A model generated the notes under the pieces. The model did no database searches and was not told the DNA's origin. It worked only from the letters and a program-made list of their open reading frames with translations. A stretch of DNA of 64,000 nucleotides, taken from positions 13,172 through 77,171 of the forward strand of contig CAYZNS010000002.1 of NCBI GenBank assembly GCA_964479945.1. Direction: 5' to 3'. Shown here piece by piece: positions 9,308-19,740 of the stretch. Made by a program: the position numbers and the translations under genes. The stretch's first letter is position 1, and each line of letters opens with the position of its first letter. The DNA is from an uncultured Candidatus Saccharibacteria bacterium. GTDB taxonomy: Bacteria; Patescibacteriota; Minisyncoccia; Ryanbacterales; 2-02-FULL-48-12.

Positions 9308-10363
9308 TTAGAAGGTCGCGGTCGCTGTATAGGTCAAAGTAGTAGTGTAACTCCCAGCTTCTGTGGCGCCGGCAATGTTGGCGATGTAGGAAATGGTGCA
9401 AGTTGTGCTATTGATTCCCGCGGATGCGCTTATCACTGTCTCGCCTGTCACGAACTTAAAGCTGTCGGCAGTGCTATAGCCGGTAGCTGCGGCCGCGACC
9501 GGAGCCGTTCCAGTACATTCCGCTCCCACATTAGGTGTCGCGTTATCTTTCGCATTGATTCCGAACTGTTCTGTTCCCACCGAACTTGCGGCAGCCGTTG
9601 ACATAGCAGTGACTGTATTTCCGCCCGAAGTCAGAGTTGTCCCGGCATAAGTCAAAACCATTCCGCTCGCGGCATTCGTGGCAACAGTAACTGTATGCGT
9701 GCCACTCGTAACAGCCGAAGTAGATAATGTCCCCAAGGCAACAGAATTGGCGCTCAAAGAAAAGGATATGGATTCAGAAACGGTTCCGCTCACCGCGACT
9801 TGATCATCGGTAAGTATCTGAACAAGAATGTCTCCTGTATCCCCAAATGTACCCGATATGGAAATGGTCTTAGATCCCGAAGTAGTCGGGTTGGTGGAAT
9901 TGGTGTTGTTGTAGGTGATAATTACTTTATCGCTAGCGGCAACTGCGGCTGCTCCAACGCCATCGGTCGGGGCGGTTAGGGTAAAGACGCGATTTGCCGT
10001 GCCGGAAAATACCGCGCCCCAAGCGGTCGCGCTTGGCGTTGCGGCAAGCGTTTCCGTGTTTTCCGAACCCGTAGTCGCACCATGGGTGAATGTAACAGAA
10101 CTTATCGCCTTGCTCGTGAAGTCAAAGTCGGTCGGGAAAGTAATGATGATAGTGTCCGTGGAATCAGCCGCGCCAGTCGGTGTAGTGAATTTAATCGTGT
10201 GGCTTGACACTGTACTTACTTTTGAGCTCGACATCGTGTCGGATTTGGCCGTCAAGGCCGCAGCAAGCGCGACCTGCAAAGGCGGCCCTACTAAGATCGC
10301 GAGCATTGCCAGAACTAATCCAAAACTTACTATTGTACTTGTTTTTATCGTAATGCGTTTCAT
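9308..10363 (-). CDS. small Thr/Ser-rich secreted surface protein with shared C-terminal domain (CscB-like)
   Basis: 351 aa with a signal peptide. The last ~150 aa are near-identical to the C-terminus of the 948-aa neighbour (for example GTEQFGINAKDNATPNVGAEC...TTCTISYIANIA...AGSYTTTLTY). No LPXTG motif. Confidence 0.5.
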   Translation of the reverse strand: MKRITIKTSTIVSFGLVLAMLAILVGPPLQVALAAALTAKSDTMSSSKVSTVSSHTIKFTTPTGAADSTDTIIITFPTDFDFTSKAISSVTFTHGATTGSENTETLAATPSATAWGAVFSGTANRVFTLTAPTDGVGAAAVAASDKVIITYNNTNSTNPTTSGSKTISISGTFGDTGDILVQILTDDQVAVSGTVSESISFSLSANSVALGTLSTSAVTSGTHTVTVATNAASGMVLTYAGTTLTSGGNTVTAMSTAAASSVGTEQFGINAKDNATPNVGAECTGTAPVAAAATGYSTADSFKFVTGETVISASAGINSTTCTISYIANIAGATEAGSYTTTLTYTATATF

Positions 10364-10492
10364 AAATTATTAATTTATTTCTTGTCTTTGTTAATTATTT
10401 TCGTTCGACCTTATGATTACGAAAATAAAAATCCAATCAGCCAAAGCCGATTGGACCTAAAATCAAAACTTCTCCAGAATTTATCTGTGTAA

Positions 10493-10506
10493 GAGAGAGA
10501 GAGAGA
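10493..10506. repeat. (GA)7 microsatellite in the 440-bp intergenic region upstream of the CscB-like gene
   Basis: The run agagagagagagag is adjacent to the tandem palindrome gtagctacgtagctac. Confidence 0.7.
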
Positions 10507-10804
10507 CGAAACTGCGGAATTAAATTGTATTATATTGGCGTTCATAGACACTCTTTAATGTAGCTACGTAGCTACAAATTTATTATATAGCCCCCGCAAA
10601 ACAAAATGATGGATTTTACCTTTTGGCCCTTTGCCATTAAAGTGGCTTAACAAAGGCAAGTTTCCCGTTTACGAGCATACAGAGAAAACGAACATTTTGT
10701 TTTGCGCTTGCTATACCATATTATCAACTTGATAATCCACAACCCGCTTTTAATCAACAACCCTGCGGCAAGCCGCGGGGAAATCCGCTTACGCGTATTA
10801 TACC

Positions 10805-13651
10805 TTAAAAAGTCCCGGTAGCAATATATGTCAAGGTGGTGGTATAACTACCGGCTTCGGTGGGGGCTGCGATATTGGCAATATATGAAATAGTGCAGGT
10901 CGTATCGTTGATTGAACCGCTCGAACTTACGATTGTCTCTCCTGACACGAATTTAAAGTTGTCAACGGTGCTGTAGCCGGTCGCGGCGGCAGCGACTGGT
11001 GAAGTGCCAGAACATTCCGCACCCACATTCGGTGTCGCATTATCTTTCGCGTTGATTCCGAACTGCTCTGTGCCGACAGAACTTGCGGCGGCGGTTGACA
11101 TGGCGGTAATGGTATTGCCGCTCGAGGTTAGTGTAGAACCAGAGTAGGTAACAACTACTCCATTGGCGGCATTCGTCCCGACGGTGATGGTATGAGAACC
11201 AGTGCTCACGGCGCTGCTTGACAATGTTCCAAGATTTATAGAATTTGCCCCTAAGCTGAAAGTAAGGGTTGGCCCGGCACCTCCGCCAGCGAGTGTAACT
11301 TGCGCGATAACATCGGCAGAGTTCAAAGCCGTGCCGGCGTTCGTCACCCTGAAACAATACACGCCGCCGTCCGTAGCGTTTGTATTTGCCTGAAAAACAT
11401 ACTCCACTTCGGTATATTGGTTTTGAGCCAAGGTAATCGCGCCTGATTGGTTAGATGTGCTTTCTACCTGATCGCCGGCCACGAAAGTATATGCTTCGGC
11501 ATTTGTAAGCTGAGCAGTAGTCGGATCGCCATCAACATAAAAACTGCTGCCGCTCAAAGTCATATCAAAATGTTCGGTAGTCGCCGTATCAGGAACCGCA
11601 GCATAACTCTCTCCACTGTATGCAGTGTCGCAGGTGCCACTCTGCGCCGCCCACTCCAAACGATAATTGTAAGCGGAAGCGCTGCCGCCGGTATTGTCCA
11701 CTTGAAAACGGAGTCGGATATTGGTGCTTTTGGCAAGGCCAGTGTGCACCGCATCCTCCGTCTGCGCCCAAGTTGCAGCAGGAACGGTGTAGGTTACCAA
11801 AACATATAAAGTTGAAATTTCTGCTTTGTTGCCGCTTCCCGTAAGCACCAATTCCATAGCATTCATCCGCGTCGTGTTGATGCTCAAGCCGGTAAATTGT
11901 TGTGTTTTTGTCTGGTCGGCCCCAGTAATAGCTTGGGCTGACCCCATCGAATCCGTGACGCCACATTCAACCGCATCACTGGCTATATTTATGCAATATC
12001 CTAAAGTGATGCTTGAATTCGGATTTCCGACATCATCTGCCCCGGCAACCGTGATATCAAGCTGAGTTACCGTCACGCCTGCCGGAAGAGCGTCATTAGC
12101 AAGCGTATAATAATCCGTCGCGGCGGCAAGTAAAAGTTGAGAGGTTTCCAGATCACTTGTCGGTGCGGTTGCCGAAGTATCCGCAGTGTCATCATCCACG
12201 CAATCCCATTCGCTTCCAGCAGTACATCCGCTAACGATGCTGAAACCCACCGCGCCAAAGCCATTGCCGGTCGGATTGAAATAAAGCGTTTGGTTTGTGT
12301 CTCCTTCTGGGCCGTTATCATTTCTCCAACGATAGTGGTCTTGAAACACATTTGGCAGAAGATTAAGGGTTGTCGCGCCGGAAATAGCCACAGCGGTGGC
12401 CGGACTCACCACTCCCGCTGAAACTGTCACCTCCGTGGATGGGTCGGTAATTTCAATCTCAAAAGTATCGGCATTAGGCGCACCGGACGCAACATTTAAT
12501 TGAACATAAACGCATATTTGGGAAGTGCCGACTACCATTGCGCTGTCGCCCGTTATCGCGGCTTTTTCCGAAGCGTTAAAACCAACGCCTGTGGCGTTAA
12601 AAGCTGTGGCGTCGCCGGGGATGGAAGCGGAACAACTTGCCTCTGTTTTGTAATATAATTTTACATTGGAAAGGTAGGTCTGAGCGACAAGCGAGGCATC
12701 CGTTTCGCTGATAGTTATGGCGGTAACATTTGCCGTGCCCTCATTTCTGACAAATGTAAAGGCACCTCCCACATACTGGTTAGTTGAAGGAATGTTCATA
12801 TTGGCGGTTTGGGTGCCGGTTGTCCCGACCGTAATCGTTGAAGGAGCGGGTTTGAGCGCCAAGGAAATCGCCCCTTTATATGTAGTGTTTGCCATTGTCA
12901 CAGCCGTTGTTGTGTATGACCCGGCACTTGCTTTCTCGCCCGTTGCCAAACAATGTCCTCCTCCTAGACCTTGTGTGCTGGAGTTATCCGTTCTTTCCTG
13001 TATATTTGCCAGATCCGCGTTCGTCCAGCCGGAACATTCGGTTGTGCTATTAGCGTTCCTGCTTGTCGAAGTTATAAGGACAATCAAGGCGTCGGCTACC
13101 GATGTTGTTGCGCCGGGGATAGTGCCACTCGTGTCATTGGCCGCGCTGTCGTTTCCGCCTGCACCCGTGTCCCACGGATCACCGGAGGTTATTACTCCAG
13201 TAAAACAATGTATCTGACCTTCTGTGTTATTGATAGAATCCGCGACTACCGGCGCGGAGTCGCCGCCGACAGTGCGCTTCCAATACAATGCCAACATGGA
13301 AGCCGGATCCGTAGCAGCCGTGCCGGCACCTTGCGGAGACCATGTAGGAACTTCAACAAACCCATTTGCTGTGGTCAGTGTAATCGCTTGGTTTTCCGAT
13401 GACACAGCCAGCAGACAGACATCGTTAGCTGCCATGTCCGCGGGATATGGCGGTGTTATCGCACCGGTTCCTGCCGTAAAAGTGCCGGAATTCCGATATC
13501 CTGGCAACGCCGCCAGCGCTTTCTGAATCCCCGGCGGAAAATTAAAAATTTGAGGAAATCCCGAAAAAATCCAAGAGAAAACTAAAACTGTTACCAGAAA
13601 GAATCTGGAAATTTTCAAAACCACGCTTTTTGGAGGCAAAAACTCTTTCAT
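10805..13651 (-). CDS. large Thr/Ser/Ala-rich secreted surface protein with shared C-terminal domain (CscC-like)
   Basis: 948 aa with a signal peptide. Low-complexity beta-rich body. C-terminal ~150 aa homologous to the 9308..10363 product. Confidence 0.5.
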   Translation of the reverse strand: MKEFLPPKSVVLKISRFFLVTVLVFSWIFSGFPQIFNFPPGIQKALAALPGYRNSGTFTAGTGAITPPYPADMAANDVCLLAVSSENQAITLTTANGFVEVPTWSPQGAGTAATDPASMLALYWKRTVGGDSAPVVADSINNTEGQIHCFTGVITSGDPWDTGAGGNDSAANDTSGTIPGATTSVADALIVLITSTSRNANSTTECSGWTNADLANIQERTDNSSTQGLGGGHCLATGEKASAGSYTTTAVTMANTTYKGAISLALKPAPSTITVGTTGTQTANMNIPSTNQYVGGAFTFVRNEGTANVTAITISETDASLVAQTYLSNVKLYYKTEASCSASIPGDATAFNATGVGFNASEKAAITGDSAMVVGTSQICVYVQLNVASGAPNADTFEIEITDPSTEVTVSAGVVSPATAVAISGATTLNLLPNVFQDHYRWRNDNGPEGDTNQTLYFNPTGNGFGAVGFSIVSGCTAGSEWDCVDDDTADTSATAPTSDLETSQLLLAAATDYYTLANDALPAGVTVTQLDITVAGADDVGNPNSSITLGYCINIASDAVECGVTDSMGSAQAITGADQTKTQQFTGLSINTTRMNAMELVLTGSGNKAEISTLYVLVTYTVPAATWAQTEDAVHTGLAKSTNIRLRFQVDNTGGSASAYNYRLEWAAQSGTCDTAYSGESYAAVPDTATTEHFDMTLSGSSFYVDGDPTTAQLTNAEAYTFVAGDQVESTSNQSGAITLAQNQYTEVEYVFQANTNATDGGVYCFRVTNAGTALNSADVIAQVTLAGGGAGPTLTFSLGANSINLGTLSSSAVSTGSHTITVGTNAANGVVVTYSGSTLTSSGNTITAMSTAAASSVGTEQFGINAKDNATPNVGAECSGTSPVAAAATGYSTVDNFKFVSGETIVSSSGSINDTTCTISYIANIAAPTEAGSYTTTLTYIATGTF

Positions 13652-13716
13652 TACCTATATTATACTTCTTATACGAAAATTATTGAAGTTGAGGGAATAA
13701 AAGGTCGTCTTTTTTG

Positions 13717-14151
13717 TCAAAAATCGTCCATAATTCTCAAAACCTCATCGGGATAATTTGGATTGATTATTCCATTGTAATTCCACAACCTCTCGTAGGT
13801 TGTTTTGTTTTTGTAGTAGTCAGCGGTTCTCGGATTGAATCCGCAAAGGTTCGCGCCAACGATTTCAATCGCTTTTTCGACACTCTCAAAATCCGCTCGG
13901 CATGAAGCCCAGCCGAACGGATTATTACCGCACGCTTGTTTTCCGCCGGATGATTCCCGAACCGCAATTGCCGGCAATAATCGCCAGTCCATATCGCACC
14001 GATCAGCGGCTTCCACAAATTCGGTGCCATACCCAGCGAGTGGCATGTCTCGCTCGGCAAAGTAGCGGTCTATTCTCGCCATTCGTTCGTCAGGTATCAC
14101 ACAGGTCGGCTTGGTCTCGAATCGTTCGCCACAGGGGCAACCACGGGGCAA
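13717..14151 (-). CDS. Rpf/transglycosylase-like domain protein
   Basis: AVRESSGGKQACGNNPFGWAS resembles the transglycosylase-like (CESGG...W) motif. The true start may be the internal MARIDRY. Confidence 0.4.
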   Translation of the reverse strand: MPRGCPCGERFETKPTCVIPDERMARIDRYFAERDMPLAGYGTEFVEAADRCDMDWRLLPAIAVRESSGGKQACGNNPFGWASCRADFESVEKAIEIVGANLCGFNPRTADYYKNKTTYERLWNYNGIINPNYPDEVLRIMDDF

Positions 14152-14161
14152 CCCGCTAATA

Positions 14162-14186
14162 CAAAACCGCCTTTCGGCGGGTTTTG
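14162..14186. terminator. rho-independent terminator aaaaccgcc-tttc-ggcgggtttt
   Basis: Perfect 8-bp stem with flanking A and T runs. Lies downstream of the hsdS stop on the minus strand. Confidence 0.6.
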
Positions 14187-14360
14187 CATCGCAACGAGCA
14201 TTATTCTCTTTATACCATGACTTTGGGGCGTCCCCTTCTCAAGGGTTCAAACTTCAACGAGCCTAAAACCATTTGAAACTTAAGCCCCTCATTCGTGTAC
14301 ATTGCTACAAAGACTTTAAGTTTATTGCGAATTTTTGCCATATGTATTTCGATATGATAC

Positions 14361-14380
14361 CCCTTTTTAGCCGTTCTGTA
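14361..14380. repeat. direct repeat DR-L (ccctttttagccgttctgta), a remnant copy of the rnhB 3' end
   Basis: 20/20 identical to 21595..21614. Read on the minus strand it encodes ...IQNG*, compared with ...VQNG* for the intact rnhB end. Confidence 0.7.
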
Positions 14381-14436
14381 TATCCCGCGCGCATATTTGT
14401 CCGTAAAATAGGCAATTTTTTGCCATTCTACTACTC

Positions 14437-14982
14437 CTATATTTCCTCCAAAACCTGATCGATTTTTCCCTCCATAAGCTCAATTAAGCGGCGGTTGGCG
14501 GTGATGATTTCTTCTTCTTTTTCCGCTTCGGCGGCGAGCTGTTTTTGGATTTCAATTGGCGGAAAAGGGATTTGCAAGTTTTTTACGAACGATAGATTTG
14601 CCATTTTGTATTTGTTATCGCTACCGACAAACCGGTCATGCAGCATACCAAGCGCATAAAATAAAAATTTTGAATCTAAATCCTTTTCATTTATTGGCGA
14701 TAGAGATGCAATGTTCTGATTTGTGCAAAAGTCAAAAGTTACATATCCAGTTTTTCCAATAGTTGCTCCGACAAGAGCAACTATTGCCGTGTTTGCATGA
14801 ATCAACTTTGCCGATGAATTATTTAGACCTTTTTTCGATATGTATGTTTTGGGGTTAGTAATTATCAAATCTTTACATACTTCTGATTTCAACCAAGGTA
14901 CTTCTGGTGGTTCATAGTATTCTTTTATTTTTGTGTCCGGGGTACCACCTGATTTTACTTCGCAAACTTTCCCCAATTCCAC
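14437..14982 (-). CDS. hsdS: type I restriction-modification specificity subunit, half-size (single TRD)
   Basis: 181 aa. TRD-like N-terminal region plus the conserved IPFPPIEIQKQL segment and a coiled C-terminus. Confidence 0.7.
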   Translation of the reverse strand: MELGKVCEVKSGGTPDTKIKEYYEPPEVPWLKSEVCKDLIITNPKTYISKKGLNNSSAKLIHANTAIVALVGATIGKTGYVTFDFCTNQNIASLSPINEKDLDSKFLFYALGMLHDRFVGSDNKYKMANLSFVKNLQIPFPPIEIQKQLAAEAEKEEEIITANRRLIELMEGKIDQVLEEI

Positions 14983-15004
14983 CCACTCAACATCTTTTAA
15001 TTTT

Positions 15005-16915
15005 CTAAGCGACTGGCCAAAATAGCGTCTCTCTCTCTAGATTTTTGATAATTTCTTTGGCGTGCTTGATGGAATTTTCCTTCGCCTCAATTTGCTCCAC
15101 GATTTCATTTTGCACGTCTAAAGGCGGGAGTGGGATTTTGATTTCATAAAAATGATCAATGTTCAGATTCTTTTGCGCACCGCCACGGGCACACATAAAA
15201 ATTTCTTCCTGCCGCTGCAATAAAATTTTCCCAACAAAATCCTTGCTCAACTTATCTTGATATTCGGATTTAACTGAAAAAGTTCCGCCGGAATCCATAA
15301 GCCAAAATTTTTCAGGCACATATCGCACACAGTGCTCTGCCATGGCAAATCGAGCAATTAAGTAGTCATTTTCTCGATTAAATTTGTCTGTTCTAAAACT
15401 TTCTCCACCGCCGCCATAGACAGGATATTTTGTACCGCGATTTCCATGTTTTGTGATTCTTTCTCCAAAATTTAGCTTGATCAGTTTCCCCAATTCAATC
15501 ATTGGCCACTTTTCATTTTTTACAGCAGCAACGTCTCTGTATCTTTCGCTGGTTAAACTGTATTCACCGCTTTCAGCAATTTTTTCTTTTTTAACCCAAA
15601 GCGCAAGAGTACTTTCTCCCGCCTGCGCCGAAGCTTCGACGGGCAGGTGTTTTTTGCCATTCTTCCACGCGTCTAAAATCGCCAATGTTTCCGGCAGATC
15701 GTTTTTATCAATCTTCCGTCTTTGCGCGCCGAGATCAAAGCCGTCGTTTTCTACCTTTACAAACAAAATCTCATCGCTCTTTTTGGCAAGCTGATTATCA
15801 AAAAAGAGAATACTTGTTTTTACATTCCCTTTGCCGCCGGGTTTGGCAAACACGCCTTGCGGCAAGGAGACGACGGCATACAAGCCATCTTCAACTAACT
15901 TTTTCCGTAATTCTTTATATGCCGAATCATTCCTAAAAATCACTCCTTCCGGCACGATTATACCCGCCCGTCCCTTGATGTTGAGGTGCTCCAAAATATA
16001 ATCAACAAACAACACCTCACTGCGCGTGGCTTGCACGGAAAAACGCTTGTGGGGGCGAATACCGCCCTTTGGCGTCATAAACGGCGGATTGGCGAGGATT
16101 ACGTCAAAGGTATCGTCCCAGCGATCCTCATACGTCAACGTGTCGTACTCGTATATTTTCGGATTGGGGAAATGGTGCAAGTACATATTCACGATGGCGA
16201 TCCGCATCATTCCCGGATCAATGTCGTAACCGACAAAATTACTCATCATTTTTTGCTTTTCTTCCGGTGAAAGGCGTTTTTCCGCGCTCGTCGGCTCGCC
16301 CGATGGGTCTTTGCCGTCGTGCTGGCGTAAAATGTGTTTGTACGCGGAAATCAAAAATCCGGCCGTGCCGCAAGCGGGGTTCAAAATTGTTTCGTTTTTC
16401 TTCGGCGCGACAACTTCAACGATAAAATCAATAATATGGCGCGGCGTGCGAAATTGTCCGGCTTCTCCCGAAGTGCCTATAACATTCAGCAGATATTCAT
16501 AGGCGTCGCCCAAGTCCTCACTGTGGTCAAAAATAAATCCGTCAATTTCTTTCAAAAATAAATTTAATGTTTGAGCGTCGTTATATGGCAATGCCGCACT
16601 CTTAAAAATATCCCTAAAAAGTTGCGGGATGTGTGAATTTTTGGACATATTCGTGATGGCTTGCACATACAGATCAAGCCGCTCGGCTCCAGAAAGCCGT
16701 TTATCCAAAAGTTTGGTCCAGCTGTATTTGGCAAAATCCTCCACAAAATATTGCGCTTTCAACCCGACTCCTTCATTTTCTTTATCCATATCGTCCATAA
16801 ACTTGTAAATCAGCGCAATCGTAATCTGATCAACCTGTAATTGTGGGTTTGGAATTCTCCCAACAAGAATATCGCGCGCCGAGTCAATTTTTCGTTTTGT
16901 GATTTGGTCAAGCAT
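15005..16915 (-). CDS. hsdM: type I R-M N6-adenine DNA methyltransferase fused to a C-terminal target-recognition domain
   Basis: HsdM N-terminal domain, then the MTase core (ILNPACGTAGFLISAY ... ILANPPF). The C-terminal ~200 aa are HsdS-like (TRD plus IPLPPLDVQNEIVEQIE). Confidence 0.8.
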   Translation of the reverse strand: MLDQITKRKIDSARDILVGRIPNPQLQVDQITIALIYKFMDDMDKENEGVGLKAQYFVEDFAKYSWTKLLDKRLSGAERLDLYVQAITNMSKNSHIPQLFRDIFKSAALPYNDAQTLNLFLKEIDGFIFDHSEDLGDAYEYLLNVIGTSGEAGQFRTPRHIIDFIVEVVAPKKNETILNPACGTAGFLISAYKHILRQHDGKDPSGEPTSAEKRLSPEEKQKMMSNFVGYDIDPGMMRIAIVNMYLHHFPNPKIYEYDTLTYEDRWDDTFDVILANPPFMTPKGGIRPHKRFSVQATRSEVLFVDYILEHLNIKGRAGIIVPEGVIFRNDSAYKELRKKLVEDGLYAVVSLPQGVFAKPGGKGNVKTSILFFDNQLAKKSDEILFVKVENDGFDLGAQRRKIDKNDLPETLAILDAWKNGKKHLPVEASAQAGESTLALWVKKEKIAESGEYSLTSERYRDVAAVKNEKWPMIELGKLIKLNFGERITKHGNRGTKYPVYGGGGESFRTDKFNRENDYLIARFAMAEHCVRYVPEKFWLMDSGGTFSVKSEYQDKLSKDFVGKILLQRQEEIFMCARGGAQKNLNIDHFYEIKIPLPPLDVQNEIVEQIEAKENSIKHAKEIIKNLERETLFWPVA

Positions 16916-16917
16916 GG

Positions 16918-17913
16918 TTATTTTTTCTTGATGGACTTTGATAGTTTTTTCACTTCCCTGTCAAAATCAGAAATGTGCTTTTTGTCTTGCTTTTTTTTAT
17001 ATTTGGAAAATTCACTTTCCGCTTTTTCATTCGCTTTTTCCGCGCTCACCTTGCCCGCGTTCAGCAAAAGTTTTTTCTCGCTTAATTTTAGAAATTCATC
17101 AAGCTTTACCGCCCATTCGGCCATTTTCATCGGGCGTTCGTTGGTTGCTTGAAGTTCGGCAAAGTCCAAATACAAGGACACAATAAGGTTAAGTTGCTTG
17201 AGTTCTTTTTCAGAAAGATAATTTTTGGCAATTTTTGCGTCTCCGGCAGTAATATAGTTCCCCTTAAAATTTGAGAGTCCCATCATCGGTTTTTTGCTGT
17301 CGGCGCGCAAAGATACTATTTCCGCGGCGGTATATCCGTGCACGGCATAGTGCATTTTGTTTTGTACGGTAGCAAAAAACTTTTTTGTAAGCTCATCGTC
17401 TTTCCGATAGTCAATGCTGGTTGCGTAAATGTCCGTAACTTTTTGATAAAAATTACGCTCGCTACTGCGAATATCGCGGACGCGCTGGAGCAATTCTTCA
17501 AAGTACCGCGCTCGCTCTCCGCCTTGCTTCATCCGCTCATCGTCCAATGCAAAACCCTTAATAATATAATCACGAAGCCGCGCCGTCGCCCAAATACGGA
17601 ATTGAGTAGCTCGTTTTGAATTAACGCGGTAACCCAAAGCAATAATAACGTCCAAATTATAATGTTTTGCATCATATTTTTTCCCATCGTCGGCAGTTAT
17701 TAAGAAATTCTTAATAACTGATTTTTCGCCCAATTCGCCTGTTTCGAAGATATTTTTAAGATGTTGATTGATTGCGGATGTGGTAACCTCGAACAACTCC
17801 GCCATTAATTTTTGAGTAAGCCAAACAGTTTCATCTTGAAAATAAACATTAACCTTTGCTTGGCCGTCTTCGCTTTGATAAATGACGATCTGTGATTGTT
17901 GATTTTTTTTCAT
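16918..17913 (-). CDS. RhuM-family protein embedded in the R-M operon
   Basis: 331 aa. The N-terminal region IVIYQSEDGQAKVNVYFQDETVWLTQKLMAELFEV matches the RhuM family that commonly sits between hsdR and hsdM (recalled from memory). Lys-rich tail. Confidence 0.55.
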   Translation of the reverse strand: MKKNQQSQIVIYQSEDGQAKVNVYFQDETVWLTQKLMAELFEVTTSAINQHLKNIFETGELGEKSVIKNFLITADDGKKYDAKHYNLDVIIALGYRVNSKRATQFRIWATARLRDYIIKGFALDDERMKQGGERARYFEELLQRVRDIRSSERNFYQKVTDIYATSIDYRKDDELTKKFFATVQNKMHYAVHGYTAAEIVSLRADSKKPMMGLSNFKGNYITAGDAKIAKNYLSEKELKQLNLIVSLYLDFAELQATNERPMKMAEWAVKLDEFLKLSEKKLLLNAGKVSAEKANEKAESEFSKYKKKQDKKHISDFDREVKKLSKSIKKK

Positions 17914-17917
17914 AGTC

Positions 17918-19516
17918 TTATTTCATGTATTGATTAACCGGCACATAATCTTTTACATATTCCGGCACTTTATTGCGCCAGCCATTTAATGATTGATATT
18001 CTTCCATGGTAAAAGCACCATAATCACGTGGGAACCTACCAGCATTAATTTCTTGCCTGAATCGCTCATCCCCAACATATACTTTAAGAAAATTTCGGAT
18101 ATGCGGCACATATTTATTTTCCGGCTTGTAGATTGAAATAAATTTCTCAACCTCGTCTTCCAATTTTTCGTCTTTAGATTTGAAAGCGTCAATCAAGCCG
18201 AATACGCGCTCCAGAAATTCGCGCCATGATAAACGGCGGTCAAGATTTTCGCTTTTGCGAATTTTTTCAAGGTTAAGGAAAAGCTCCGGCTTATCTTCGT
18301 ATTTGTCGCGCAGAATTTTTACGGCTTTTTCCCATTGTTCCTGATCCACCGCCTGTTTAACTTCTTCGTCATTTTGGATTTTCTTTCTCGCTTCTTCAAA
18401 TAATTTGCGATCAACCTTCATACCCTCCAATCCGATCGCATATTCTTTGATGATTTTTTCCTTGTCCGGCTCAAAAATCGTAATCTCATCAATATCAACA
18501 GGGCCGGGGCCATCTCCACCAGAACCGCCCTTTTTTATCGGCAATTTTATGGCTTCGTCATAATCAAACTTCTCTTCAAAGTATTCAAAGTTGGCGAAGA
18601 AATCGAAAAACTTGAATTTGTCTTTGATGACTTTTCGCACTTCGCCGTCCTCGTCCTTATATTCAAACGTATATTTTCGAGTGCCGCGGCCTTTCATCTG
18701 CACAAAATCTGTCGGCGAAAAAACAGGACGAAGCAAGGCGAGGTTCAAAATATCTTCGCAGTCATAGCCAGTCGTCATCATACCGACGGTAACGCAGATC
18801 CTTGTTTTACTTGATTTGTAGCCGGGCAGAAATTTTGTGTGGCCGCCCAAGGTATTGTTGGCGAAATTGATCGTCATTTGCGGGGAGCCCTGAATGTTTG
18901 AGGTGATTTGAACGGCAAAATCAGAACTGTATTTGTCTGGCCATACTTGATGAGCTTGTCTGTTTAAGGTTTGCGTAATCTTGGAAGCGTGTTTTTGGCT
19001 GACGCAGAAAATAAGCGTCTTGCCCATCTCGCCGCTTATCGGATCTTTCAAGGCATTTTCAATAATGGATTTGCAGAACACCTGATTTGTTTTGTCGGAA
19101 AAGAATTTTTTCTCAAAGTCGCGCTGGAAAAAAGTTTCTTCGGTTTCTTCGCCTTCTTCATTTTCAACCATTACCGCATAGCCCTTTTCCGAAAGAAGCT
19201 CCGTGGTAATGTCGGTACGCGCGTCAACGGCAACAGGATTGATGAGGTAGCCGTCTTTTACGCCATCAAGCAAGGTATATCTGAACGTCGGCTCGCCGCT
19301 CGGACAGCCAAAAGTCGTGTAGGTATCCAATAGTTGCCTGCGTTCCCACGCGCGCGGATCATTTGCTGAGAGTTTTTGAGAATCAACATTTTTTAGATAA
19401 TCTTTCGGCGTTGCAGTAAGTCCGAGTTTATATCCGACAAAGTATTCAAAGACGGCGCGCCTGTTCTTTGCCGTCGAGCGGGTCTTTCTCCTCTTTCTTT
19501 GCTTCCAAAACGACAA
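17918..19516 (-). pseudogene. hsdR: hsdR C-terminal fragment (helicase motifs III-VI and C-terminal domain)
   Basis: Begins at LGLTATPKDY (helicase motif III) and contains QMKGRGTR (motif VI). It lacks the nuclease core and helicase motifs I-II. Confidence 0.65.
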
Positions 19517-19736
19517 ATGGAAATCCCTTTTCGTCTAGCAGTAGGAAATCAATAAATCCGCCTTTGGTACTTTCAAAATCTTCGCCAAAAGCGTCAATGT
19601 CTTTCTTTGCGATTTTTACGTTTGGTTCAAGCTGGATATTTGCCGATTCTTTTTCGTCATCAAAAAATCGCCACCCTACATCTTCAAGCAGTTTGTTAAT
19701 TTTAATTCTCGCCTTTGCTTCTTTGGAATTTGCCAT
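19446..19736 (-). pseudogene. hsdR: hsdR N-terminal fragment (HsdR_N nuclease motif only)
   Basis: 96 aa with RIKINKLLEDVGW and the D...EAK nuclease motif (IDFLLLDEKGFPFVVLEAKK). It overlaps the C-terminal fragment by 71 bp in a different frame, indicating an internal deletion plus frameshift of ~400 codons. Confidence 0.55.
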
Positions 19737-19740
19737 AAAT

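Noticed and set aside
9915-13526. Plus-strand ORFs antisense to the CscB/CscC-like genes (9915..10373, 12717..13217, 12971..13402 and others)
   Set aside because: They lie in GC-skewed Thr/Ser/Ala codon-rich regions that give open antisense frames. No motifs or RBS are present.
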